From: Actinoallomurus bryophytorum
Lineage (GTDB): Bacteria > Actinomycetota > Actinomycetes > Streptosporangiales > Streptosporangiaceae
Reading direction: 5' to 3'
Length of the DNA stretch: 32,000 bases
Assembly: GCF_006716425.1 (NCBI RefSeq)
Contig: NZ_VFOZ01000001.1
Location: 7,241,237 to 7,273,236 of the forward strand
Below the pieces are notes generated by a model. It made no database searches and was not told where the DNA came from. It saw only the letters and a program-made list of their open reading frames with translations. The first letter of the stretch is position 1. Each line of letters begins with the position of its first letter. The translations under genes were made by a program, and so were the position numbers. Shown here piece by piece: positions 1-7,880 of the stretch.

Positions 1-3
1 CTA

Positions 4-210
4 GGGAGCCGCTCCCGGTTCGTGGTCGGCTTGCGGGCCGTCATCGCTCGTTGGGGACGGTCCCGGTTCATGACCGTGTCTGCGGGCCGCCGTCTCCCGC
101 TGGGGAGACCGTCTCGGTTCGTGGCCGGCCTGAGGTACGGCAGCCGTCCCCGCTGGGGAGCCGGTTCCGGCTCGTGGCCGGGCCCGACCAGCACGCGCGG
201 CCCTGCCCGT
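4..210. repeat. Tandem array of four degenerate ~50-nt units, each carrying a short GC hairpin
   Basis: Units lie at 4-52, 53-101, 102-154 and 155 to about 210 (periods 49/49/53 nt). Each opens with a different palindrome (GGGAGC-C-GCTCCC, GGGAC-G-GTCCC, GAGAC-C-GTCTC, GAGCCGG-TT-CCGGCTC) followed by GGTTCGTGG, GGTTCATGA or GGCTCGTGG. The array touches the window start and may continue upstream. Confidence 0.7.
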
Positions 211-313
211 ACGGCCGGGAGCGCGTTCCACCCCCCTGTCATTCACGTGAGGCCGATACCACCGTGGACACCAACGTCCAGAGTTTGCCGTAGCCAACCT
301 GCGCCGCCGCCCC

Positions 314-1015
314 GTGGTCGTCGAGGCCGGGGGCTTCGTCGCGGGGTTCGATCCCGGGACCACCAGCCCGTACATCAACTACGCGACGCCCATACCCGGC
401 GCCGAGCCGGCCCGCCGTGACGTCGCGGCACTGGTCGCCGAGTTCCGCACGCGGGGTCTGCGGCCCCGGCTCGAGTTCGCGCCCGGCGCCGCACCGGAGG
501 TGGAGCCGGCACTGCGCGCGGCCGGATTCACGGTCGAGGAGGTGCACGAGTACCTGGTCTGCACCCCGGCCACGCTGAGCTTCTCCGCCCGGACCCCCCT
601 TCTGGTCGAGACCCCGGTCTCGGACCAGGACTACGCCTCGATCGACGCCACCATGTCCGAGGCGTTCACCGGCGAGTACGTCTCCTCGCCGAACGGCGCG
701 GACCGGCTTCGCCGCGCCCAGGAGAACGGCGGATCGGTCCGGTTCGTCCGCGCACCCGACGGCGGCTGCGCCGGGGGAGCCTCGTGCTCCGTGCCGGCCG
801 TGGGCACCTCGGAACTGTCCGGCGTCGCCACCCGTCCCGCCTTCCGCGGTCGCGGCATCGCCACAGCGGTCACCGCCGCGCTGACCGAGGCCATGTTCGC
901 CCTGGGGACACGGTCGGTGTGGCTGGAATACTCGGGCGAGGGATCCCACCGCGTCTACGAACGCGTCGGCTACCGCCCCGAGGGCACCCGCCTGTACATG
1001 TCACTAGAAGGATGA
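314..1015 (+). CDS. GNAT family N-acetyltransferase
   Basis: 233-aa ORF. The acetyl-CoA binding motif A is visible (VATRPAFRGRGIATAV), followed by a C-terminal YERVGY. GTG 314 is the first in-frame start after the stop at 248-250. Confidence 0.8.
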   Translation: MVVEAGGFVAGFDPGTTSPYINYATPIPGAEPARRDVAALVAEFRTRGLRPRLEFAPGAAPEVEPALRAAGFTVEEVHEYLVCTPATLSFSARTPLLVETPVSDQDYASIDATMSEAFTGEYVSSPNGADRLRRAQENGGSVRFVRAPDGGCAGGASCSVPAVGTSELSGVATRPAFRGRGIATAVTAALTEAMFALGTRSVWLEYSGEGSHRVYERVGYRPEGTRLYMSLEG

Positions 1016-1194
1016 GCGCGGGTAGGGCGGCCCCAGGCCGCCCTACCTCGCGCGTCCGTGCTCGCGCCTCCCCGCCCACGGGCACGGGCCCGCGCTCCCT
1101 GCCTCGCCGCGTCCGGGCCCACCTCGCGAGCGCGGAATTCCCACCTTGCTCGGCCGGGTCTGCCCCACCTGCACTCGGCTGCGGCCGATTCCAC

Positions 1195-1402
1195 GAATGT
1201 GGAGCTATATACACATTAATGTGAAGTGTCACAATAGCGAATCTTAGATCATTTACTGCGGCCAATGATGCGACGTATTATCCCTACGTCCGACACAGGA
1301 TGACGCACACTTATTGCGCGCGGAAAATAGCGTACTAATAATTGAAAATCCCGCTATTTGACGGAGTCGCACCGCAGGGCTCCGGCGACATGGGGGTGGA
1401 TC
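1195..1402. promoter_or_regulatory. AT-rich intergenic island with palindromes upstream of the YbjN-like gene
   Basis: Local base composition drops sharply. It contains a perfect 12-bp palindrome CACATTAATGTG (1212-1223) and an inverted repeat AAATAGCG (1325-1332) / CGCTATTT (1352-1359). AATAGCG also occurs at about 1234. Confidence 0.5.
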
Positions 1403-1837
1403 ATGTCCGAGGTCACCGAGTCGCTACGAACGCAGTGCCACGCGTGGATGCGGGGCCGGTTCGAGGGCGTCTACACCAACCGCCACGGTGCCATCATCGT
1501 CCCGTTCGAGAAGACGGTGGTCTTCGTCGAGGTGACGGACGCGTTCCCTGACAAGGGACGGGTGAACGTCCGTGCTCCGGTGCTCGTCGACCTCGGGCTC
1601 ACCCCCGACGTGACCCGGCACGTCGCCGTGAACGGCGGCAACTTCCTCTTCGGCGCGCTGAGCTTCTTCGCGGAGGGTGAGGTGGACGCGGCGACACTCG
1701 AGTTCGACTACTCGCTGTTCGGCGAGACGGTGAACGAGACCGTCCTGGACGCGGCCGTCCGGCTGGTGGCGGGGAGCGCCACGAAGATCCAAGGGGAACT
1801 ACGCCCCCGTTTCGGTGGGAGATCCATCCACGAGTAA
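1403..1837 (+). CDS. YbjN / T3SS-chaperone-like (TY-Chap type) domain protein
   Basis: The ORF is 1358-1837. ATG 1403 (MSEVTESL...) follows a G-rich SD-like GGGGGTGGA. Size and pattern (VPFEKTVVFVEV...VNVRAPVLVDL...NGGNFLFGALSF) fit the YbjN-like fold family as I remember it. Confidence 0.55.
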   Translation: MSEVTESLRTQCHAWMRGRFEGVYTNRHGAIIVPFEKTVVFVEVTDAFPDKGRVNVRAPVLVDLGLTPDVTRHVAVNGGNFLFGALSFFAEGEVDAATLEFDYSLFGETVNETVLDAAVRLVAGSATKIQGELRPRFGGRSIHE

Positions 1838-2498
1838 CTCGGCCACTTGCGGTAGTACAGGCCGACCGGCGACGACGAAGGCGGCCGGTACGGCCGCAGG
1901 CGTCTGAACGCGGCGACGACCGGCGCACGCGTCATGACGACCGGCCCGGGGGTGCCGTCGACCTCGATCGTGCCGGTCAGTGCGGTGCCGAGAGCGTCTA
2001 TCGCGGTGGTGACCGACTGAGTGACCGCCCCTACTACGCGACGCCGAGGCGTCGCGACGGCGACGCCGACCCGCGAGGAGACTCTCGCGGGTCCTGGAGA
2101 CCCGTGACGACGACACCCTTGGGGCCGCCTCCCGGGCCCACCGCCACGCCCGGGTCGGGCCGAGGTGGTGGGCGCCCGCTCCTCACCGGCCGGGTTTCAT
2201 TGGTAGGGCCTGACGTGGCCGGCGTGCGTCTCGGCCGCGCGGTCCCGGCCGGTTCGCGACCGTGCTCGGCCCCGTCATGTTCCGGTGCGGGCCGTCCGCG
2301 CCGAGCTCGTCGCGTACGAGAGTCGCCACGATCCCCGAGCGAGCGCCGTTGGTCAGCCACGGCGCGACGGTGCCGTCCGACGACGAGCCGGTCGGCCTGG
2401 GTCGCGGCGAGGACCCCCGGCGCCCCACGGCGTCGAAGGGCAAAGCCGTAGCCGCCACATTATTTCGCGATATAACTTGTCTTCGCCGCCCGCCTCAT

Positions 2499-2522
2499 CG
2501 TATATTCGTCTACGAATATACG
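2499..2522. promoter_or_regulatory. Perfect inverted repeat, candidate PadR autoregulatory operator
   Basis: CGTATATTCG (2499-2508), spacer TCTA, CGAATATACG (2513-2522). The repeat lies about 23 nt upstream of the PadR start in an AT-rich patch (2461-2525). Confidence 0.6.
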
Positions 2523-2544
2523 CACCAGAGTGAGAGGTGGCGGC

Positions 2545-3228
2545 ATGGCCAGGCAGCGGAGGGTGACGACCCCGCTGGCGCTGTCCGTGCTGGCCACGCT
2601 CAGCGAAGCGCCGATGCACCCGTACGAGATCGCCCGGCTCCTCCGGCATCGCGGCAAGGACCAGTCGATCAAGATCCGGTACGGCTCCCTCTACACCGTC
2701 GTGCAGAGTCTGGAGAGTCAGGGCTTCGTGACGGCCGAGGGCACCGCGCGGGCCGGGCGTCGTCCCGAGCGGACCGTCTACCGGCTCACCGACGACGGGC
2801 GCGAGGAGCTCGAGGACCGGCTCCGTGAGCTGGTGAGCGAGCCCGCCAAGGAATACCCCCTCTTCGAGGCGGCGCTGTCGCTCGTCGGCGTGCTCGCGCC
2901 CGACGAGGTGATCGGCCTGCTCACCGAGCGGCTGCGGCTGCTGGAGGTCGACCTCGCCCGTACGCGGGCGGCCCTGCACGAGCTGACCGCCGAGCAGCGC
3001 CTGCCCAGGCTGTTCCTCATCGAGTCCGAGTACGGCCTGGCCATGAAGCAGGCCGAGACCGACTGGGTACGCGGTCTGATCCGCGAGCTGACCGACGGCA
3101 CTCTCGAGGGCGTCGACTACTGGCGTGCCTGGCACAAGACCGGGGAGTTCCCCCAGGAGTGGACCGAGCGCGACTGGGCCAAGGCCGACCGCGCCATGCG
3201 CGCCGAAAGCGAGGTCGAGGACAAATAG
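2545..3228 (+). CDS. PadR family transcriptional regulator
   Basis: Winged-helix PadR signature LSVLATLSEAPMHPYEIARLL...GSLYTVVQSLESQGFV...RTVYRLTDDGREEL, with a long C-terminal helical domain. ATG 2545 is preferred over GTG 2530 because GAGAGGTGG lies upstream. Confidence 0.85.
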   Translation: MARQRRVTTPLALSVLATLSEAPMHPYEIARLLRHRGKDQSIKIRYGSLYTVVQSLESQGFVTAEGTARAGRRPERTVYRLTDDGREELEDRLRELVSEPAKEYPLFEAALSLVGVLAPDEVIGLLTERLRLLEVDLARTRAALHELTAEQRLPRLFLIESEYGLAMKQAETDWVRGLIRELTDGTLEGVDYWRAWHKTGEFPQEWTERDWAKADRAMRAESEVEDK

Positions 3229-3391
3229 AGATACCCCGGCTTGGTGCACCCGTCCGCCACAGACCTGGAGCACCGCGCCGGGGCCGCTACACCATCGAAC
3301 CGATGCCGAGGTGCGGCGCGTCCCACCCTACTTGGGGGCGCCCTCCTCCGGTCGGTCGGTGAAACGACCACCGATAGGAGCTGGCACGACC

Positions 3392-4411
3392 ATGCCCGAG
3401 AACGCCATCGAGGCACGTGGCCTCGTCAAGATCTACCCCCTCCGAGGCAGGCCGGAGGGGATCCGTGCCCTCGACGGTCTCGACATCACCGTACGGAGCG
3501 GCACCGTCTTCGGGCTGCTCGGCCCGAACGGGGCCGGCAAGTCCACCGCGGTCAAGATCCTCACCACGCTGGCCCGGCCCGACCAGGGCACCGCCACGGT
3601 CGACGGCATCGACGTGCTCGGCCGGCCCGACCGCGTACGGCGCGCGATCGGGGTCGTCGCGCAGCGGTCCGGCAGCGACCCGATGGCCACGGGCCGGGAG
3701 AACCTCATCCTCCAGGGACGGCTGTACGGGCTGGGCGGCCAGGCCAGGCGCCGCGCCGACGAGCTGCTCGCACGCTTCGACCTGACCGAGGCGGCCGGCC
3801 GTCTCGTCAAGACCTACTCCGGCGGCATGCAGCGCCGGCTCGACGTCGCGCTCGGGCTGACGCACCGGCCGCGGGTGCTGTTCCTCGACGAGCCGACGAC
3901 CGGCCTGGACCCGGAGGCGCGCGCGGCGATGTGGCAGGAGATCTCGCGCCTCGCCGGCGACGAGGGGCTGACCGTGCTGCTGACCACCCACTACCTGGAG
4001 GAGGCGGACCGGCTCGCCGGTGAGCTCGCCATCGTCGACCACGGGCGGGTCGTCGCCCAGGGCACGCCGGACGGGCTCAAGGGCGAGCTGCACGGCGACG
4101 CCGTGCACCTGGAGCTCGCCGAGCGGGCCGACCCCGAGGTGGCCCGGGGGGTGGTGGCCGGGCTGACCGGCGTACGGGAGGTGCTGGTCGCCGGGCGGAA
4201 CATCAGTGCGCGCAGCGACGACGGCGCCGCGGCGGTACCGGGCATCCTGGCCGCGCTCCAGAATGCCGGCGCGCCGGCCGCGTCCGTGACCGTCGCCCGG
4301 CCGTCGCTCGACGACGTCTACCTGCGGCACACCGGACGCCGCTACAGCGAGACGGAGACCGGGACACCGGCGACACAGGACGCGACGGACCTCGAAGGAG
4401 CGAACCGCTGA
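3392..4411 (+). CDS. ABC transporter ATP-binding protein (DrrA / ABC-2 subfamily)
   Basis: Walker A GPNGAGKST, signature YSGGMQRRL, Walker B VLFLDEPTTGLD and H-loop TTHY are all present. ATG 3392 follows AGGAG (3376-3380). The longer ORF from 3125 has an Arg/Pro-rich, non-protein-like N-terminus. Confidence 0.9.
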   Translation: MPENAIEARGLVKIYPLRGRPEGIRALDGLDITVRSGTVFGLLGPNGAGKSTAVKILTTLARPDQGTATVDGIDVLGRPDRVRRAIGVVAQRSGSDPMATGRENLILQGRLYGLGGQARRRADELLARFDLTEAAGRLVKTYSGGMQRRLDVALGLTHRPRVLFLDEPTTGLDPEARAAMWQEISRLAGDEGLTVLLTTHYLEEADRLAGELAIVDHGRVVAQGTPDGLKGELHGDAVHLELAERADPEVARGVVAGLTGVREVLVAGRNISARSDDGAAAVPGILAALQNAGAPAASVTVARPSLDDVYLRHTGRRYSETETGTPATQDATDLEGANR

Positions 4412-5199
4412 TGGCCACCGTGAACACCACGCTCAACCACACCTGGCACCTGACCGGGCGGCGGCTGCACGCCGTCCTGCGCCAGCCCGCGTTCGTCGGT
4501 ATCAGCCTGATCCAGCCCGTGATCTGGCTGTTCCTGTTCGGGCAGCTGTTCCGCCGGGTCATCGACATTCCCGGGTTCGGCGGCGGCGGCTCCTACCTGG
4601 ACTACCTGATCCCCGGCATCGTCGCCATGAACGCCATGTCCGCGAACATGTGGGCCGGGATGGGCGCGATGGAGGAGATCGAGCGCGGCACCCTCAACCG
4701 GTTCCTGGTCTCACCGGCGAGCCGGGTGGCGCTGATGAACGCCAACGTCGTGGAGCAGGCCGTCAGCACCACGGTCCAGACGCTGATCATCCTGCTGCTG
4801 GGGTGGCTCGGTGGCGCTCACTATCCGGGTGGGATCGCCGGGCCGGTCGTGGTCATCGTCGCCTCCATCCTGGTCGGAACCGTGTTCGGCTCGCTGTCGA
4901 ACGCCTGCGGCATGCTCGTACGGCAGCGCGAAGCGATCATCGGGATCAACACCTTCTTGTTGCTGCCGCTGACGTTCCTGTCCTCGGCCTTCATGGCGCC
5001 GGCGTTGATGCCGGGCTGGATGCGGAAGATCGCGGCGTGCAACCCGCTCAACTGGGCGGTGCAGGCGGGCCGTTCGGCGCTGAACGCCGACCCCGACTGG
5101 GGCGCCATCGCGATCCGGTGCGGCGGGCTGCTCGCTCTCGCGGTGGTCTGCGTGGCGGTGTCGGTCGCGACGTTCCGCTCCTACCAGAAGAGCGTGTGA
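4411..5199 (+). CDS. ABC-2 type transporter permease
   Basis: 262-aa polytopic hydrophobic protein. Its start overlaps the ATPase stop (cTGATGg), which is typical of DrrA/DrrB-like pairs. Confidence 0.85.
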   Translation: MATVNTTLNHTWHLTGRRLHAVLRQPAFVGISLIQPVIWLFLFGQLFRRVIDIPGFGGGGSYLDYLIPGIVAMNAMSANMWAGMGAMEEIERGTLNRFLVSPASRVALMNANVVEQAVSTTVQTLIILLLGWLGGAHYPGGIAGPVVVIVASILVGTVFGSLSNACGMLVRQREAIIGINTFLLLPLTFLSSAFMAPALMPGWMRKIAACNPLNWAVQAGRSALNADPDWGAIAIRCGGLLALAVVCVAVSVATFRSYQKSV

Positions 5200-5223
5200 C
5201 GTTACGCTCCAGGAGTGAACGAC

Positions 5224-5436
5224 ATGAAATGCACATATTGCGGTGCAATTGGCCTCGAACCCGGCTTCATCATGGACGCAGGTGAGGGCCGGGGGTACGC
5301 AAAGTGGGTTCAGGGCGCCCTCGAACGCGGCCCCCTCGGCGGTGCCAAGCTGGTAAAAAGACCGAAGTGGCAGATCGAGGTCTTTCGGTGCCTGCGGTGT
5401 GCGCACCTGGAGATGTTCGCCGCCAACCGGGTCTGA
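5224..5436 (+). CDS. Small zinc-ribbon protein (two CxxC pairs)
   Basis: MKCTYCG...FRCLRCAHLEMFA. The CxxC ... CxxC layout with GFI.D and W..G resembles a recurrent small zinc-ribbon family. AGGAG (5211-5215) lies 8 nt before ATG 5224. Confidence 0.6.
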   Translation: MKCTYCGAIGLEPGFIMDAGEGRGYAKWVQGALERGPLGGAKLVKRPKWQIEVFRCLRCAHLEMFAANRV

Positions 5437-5461
5437 CCCGGTAGGAGTACGAAGCGGCGGA

Positions 5462-5497
5462 GAGAGGCGCCCGCCCATGGCCGGGCGGGCGCCTCTC
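5462..5497 (+). terminator. GC-rich hairpin, probable intrinsic terminator of the PadR-ABC-zinc ribbon unit
   Basis: GAGAGGCGCCCGCCC (5462-5476), loop ATGGCC, GGGCGGGCGCCTCTC (5483-5497). The 15-bp stem is perfect. There is no U-tract, which is common in actinomycetes. Confidence 0.65.
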
Positions 5498-5869
5498 AGT
5501 GGGATTCCGCGCGGTCGCGGCATAGTGGCCCCTTACCAGGACGAAGAGGCCACCGTTTTCGGGCTCCTCAAAGACGCTTGAGGAGTCCATGACGAAGTCT
5601 AGACGTAAGCAAATACTTCTTAAATGACTTCCCTCGAAGAATGCCTGAGTGCCCTTTGGTTTGGGGTGAATAACACCAATCATTCGGGTTAACGGGTCGG
5701 CCGTTATTAGTGGGGCCATAGGTTTTTGACGCGCCCGCACGGTACGCCCGAGGCTCATGGGTCTCGGCGCTGGATCGCGCGTACGGGCTCGCGGTGTTCC
5801 TCGGCACCCCGTCCGGCCCACCGCGGGGTGCTCGGCATCGGCCCGGCAGAGTCGCCTTGGTGTCAGCCG

Positions 5870-6424
5870 CTACCTGAACCCGCGGGCGACCAGCGCGAGG
5901 AGCCGGTCGAGGAGGTGTTGGTCCTCGGGGGCCTGCTCGCTGGCCCACGCGGCGGCGTTGACGAGCGTGAGGAGATCGGCGATGCCGGTCTCCTCGTTCG
6001 CCTCACCCGCCCGCCGGGCGCGGTCGAGCAGGGCGTTCCCGGTGGCCAGGATCGCGTCGTGGCAGGCGGCCAGGGTGCCGTCGGCCGCCTTCGTGTCCGC
6101 GGTCTGTGCCGCCATGCGGGTCGCCACCAGTCCGCGCATCGCGGTGGCGTGTACGGCCACCGCGCGCAGCCAGGTGGTCAGGGCCTCACCGGGCGACGGA
6201 CGGTCCAGCAGCCCGCGGCCGCGTTCGCAGAGTGCCTCGACGTCGGCACCGATGATCGCGACCAGAAGCGCGTCGAGCGTGGGAAAGTGCCGGTAGAGCG
6301 TGCCCGCGCCGACGCCCGCACGTTGGGCGATCTTGTTGAGGGACGCGCGCGGCCCGTCCTCGGCGAAGGCGGCCCTGGCCGCCCGCAACACCCGCTCACG
6401 GTTGTCACGAGCGTCCGCCCGCAT
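5870..6424 (-). CDS. TetR/AcrR family transcriptional regulator
   Basis: N-terminal HTH RERVLRAARAAFAEDGPRASLNKIAQRAGVGAGTLYRHFPT. Start is ATG 6424 (MRADARDN), with GTG 6457 as an alternative. The gene is divergent from the LLM oxidoreductase. Confidence 0.85.
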   Translation of the reverse strand: MRADARDNRERVLRAARAAFAEDGPRASLNKIAQRAGVGAGTLYRHFPTLDALLVAIIGADVEALCERGRGLLDRPSPGEALTTWLRAVAVHATAMRGLVATRMAAQTADTKAADGTLAACHDAILATGNALLDRARRAGEANEETGIADLLTLVNAAAWASEQAPEDQHLLDRLLALVARGFR

Positions 6425-6482
6425 CCGCCGCGGGCCGTCCGCCTCATCGGTCCTCACCTGATGTGCCTCCGCGTTGCCAAAG

Positions 6483-6532
6483 TGGAGAAGTTCTCCATAT
6501 CCTAGCCGGACCGTAAGCGGAGAAGGTCTCCG
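6483..6532. promoter_or_regulatory. Two related palindromes, candidate TetR operators in the divergent promoter
   Basis: TGGAGAA-G-TTCTCCA (6483-6497) and CGGAGA-AGG-TCTCCG (6518-6532). They share a GGAGAAG(T/G)TCTCC core with centres 35 bp apart, between the TetR start (6424) and the LLM start (6553). Confidence 0.6.
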
Positions 6533-6552
6533 TCTACGTGAGGAGACGACGG

Positions 6553-7458
6553 ATGCGAATCGGAATCGCGGTGGGCGACCTGCGGGGACCGGCGACGCTG
6601 GAGGAGGTCGTCGGGCAGGCGCGGACGGCCGCCGGCGCGGGCCTGCACACGGCGTGGTCATCTCAGGCCTTCGGCTGGGACGCCCTCACCACACTCGCGG
6701 TGGCCGGTACGGCCGTGCCCGGGATCGAGCTGGGTACGGCCGTGCTCCCGGTGCCCCAGCGTCACCCGCTCGTGCTCGCGAGCCACGCGCTGACCGTCCA
6801 GGCGGCGACCGGCGGGCGCCTGACCCTGGGCATCGGGGCGGGCGTCGCCATGATGACCGGAGCGATGTTCGGCCTTCCGGACGACCGGCCCGTACGCCGC
6901 ATGCGCGAGTACCTGCCGGTCCTGCGCGCCCTGCTGCACGGCGAGAGCGTCGCGCATGAGGGGGAGACGCTCACGGCCGCCGGCGCGGTCGACGCACCGG
7001 GCGCGCCCCCGCCGCCCGTCCTGCTCGCCGCGCTCGGCCCGGCGATGCTCCGCGCCGCCGGGGAGCTCGCCGATGGCGCGGTGACCTGGATGACCGGCCC
7101 GAGAACCCTCGCGGACCACATCGTCCCTTCGGTGACGAAGGCCGCCGAGGCCGCGGACCGCGCCCGCCCCCGGGTGGTCGCCGGCCTGCTGGTGTGCGTG
7201 ACCGCGGACGAGGCCGGGGTACGGGACCGCGTCGCCGGACGCTTCGCCCTGGCCGGCCAGGTGCCCGAGTACCGGGCCACCCTCGACCGCGAGGGCGCGG
7301 CAGGACCTCAGGACGTCGCCGTCGTGGGAGACGAGGACGCCGTCGCCCGCCAGGTGCGCCGCCTCGCCGAGGCGGGTGTCACGGATTTCCTCGCCGCGCC
7401 CTTCGGCGACCCCGAGGAACAGGACCGCACTCTCGGCGTGCTCGCCGGACTGGCCTGA
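6553..7458 (+). CDS. LLM-class (luciferase-like) F420-dependent oxidoreductase
   Basis: MRIGIAV...GWDALTTLA...GIELGTAVLPVPQRHPLVLA...RLTLGIGAG is typical of the luciferase-like monooxygenase fold. GAGGAG lies 7 nt before ATG 6553. Confidence 0.8.
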   Translation: MRIGIAVGDLRGPATLEEVVGQARTAAGAGLHTAWSSQAFGWDALTTLAVAGTAVPGIELGTAVLPVPQRHPLVLASHALTVQAATGGRLTLGIGAGVAMMTGAMFGLPDDRPVRRMREYLPVLRALLHGESVAHEGETLTAAGAVDAPGAPPPPVLLAALGPAMLRAAGELADGAVTWMTGPRTLADHIVPSVTKAAEAADRARPRVVAGLLVCVTADEAGVRDRVAGRFALAGQVPEYRATLDREGAAGPQDVAVVGDEDAVARQVRRLAEAGVTDFLAAPFGDPEEQDRTLGVLAGLA

Positions 7459-7507
7459 CCGCTCAGCCCGGCGACCCCGCCCCCCGGCTCCCGGCGGCCG
7501 GGGCGAC

Positions 7508-7617
7508 CCGGCCCCGCGGCCCCCCGGCCCCGCGGCCCCCCGGCCCCGCGGTGGCCCGGCCCCGCGGTGGCCCGGTGGCCCGGTGGCCCGGCGGACGGCG
7601 GACGGCGGACGGCGGAC
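7508..7617. repeat. Nested microsatellite array
   Basis: (CCGGCCCCGCGGCCCC)x2 at 7508-7539, (CCGGCCCCGCGGTGGC)x2 at 7540-7571, (CCGGTGGC)x2 at 7572-7587 and (GGCGGAC)x4 at 7590-7617. The array lies in the convergent intergenic gap after the LLM stop. Confidence 0.9.
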
Positions 7618-7880
7618 GTGAAGTACACCGGCACGACGAGCAACCGTCGGCCTGAACGGCGGCCGGGCCTGCTTCAGCGCCGGCCCGACCACGACCACAC
7701 TGCCCGACGACCGGGTCCGTGCCCGGCTGCACGAACGGGACCTCCGCCACCCGGGACCTCGGCGGATGCTCGTCCACGCGATGAGTCCCACCGGCAACGC
7801 GGACGGCCCGGCGACCCCGTACATGGTGAGGATCGCCGCCGCGACCTTCGATCCCGGGCCGGTGGAGGGATGGCCCGCGC

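Noticed and set aside
1-378. Minus-strand ORF with an apparent 17-aa HEP-containing peptide repeat, and the possibility that the 4-210 repeats form a CRISPR array
   Set aside because: The repeat periods are 49/49/53 nt, which are not multiples of 3, so a coding repeat would not stay in frame. The units are contiguous and degenerate with no unique spacers, and no cas genes are present, so this is not a CRISPR array.
3125-3391. An N-terminal extension of 89 codons on the ABC ATPase ORF
   Set aside because: The extension is Pro/Arg/Thr-rich and unlike ABC ATPases. A good RBS and ATG at 3392 give the canonical N-terminus, about 40 residues before Walker A.
5270-5590. Minus-strand ORF starting MDSSSVFEEPENGGLFVLV..., whose N-terminus resembles the start of MbtH-like proteins
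   Set aside because: The similarity ends after about 15 residues, and the SLWP and PxGW motifs are absent. The ORF runs through the terminator hairpin and fully overlaps the better-supported plus-strand zinc-ribbon gene.
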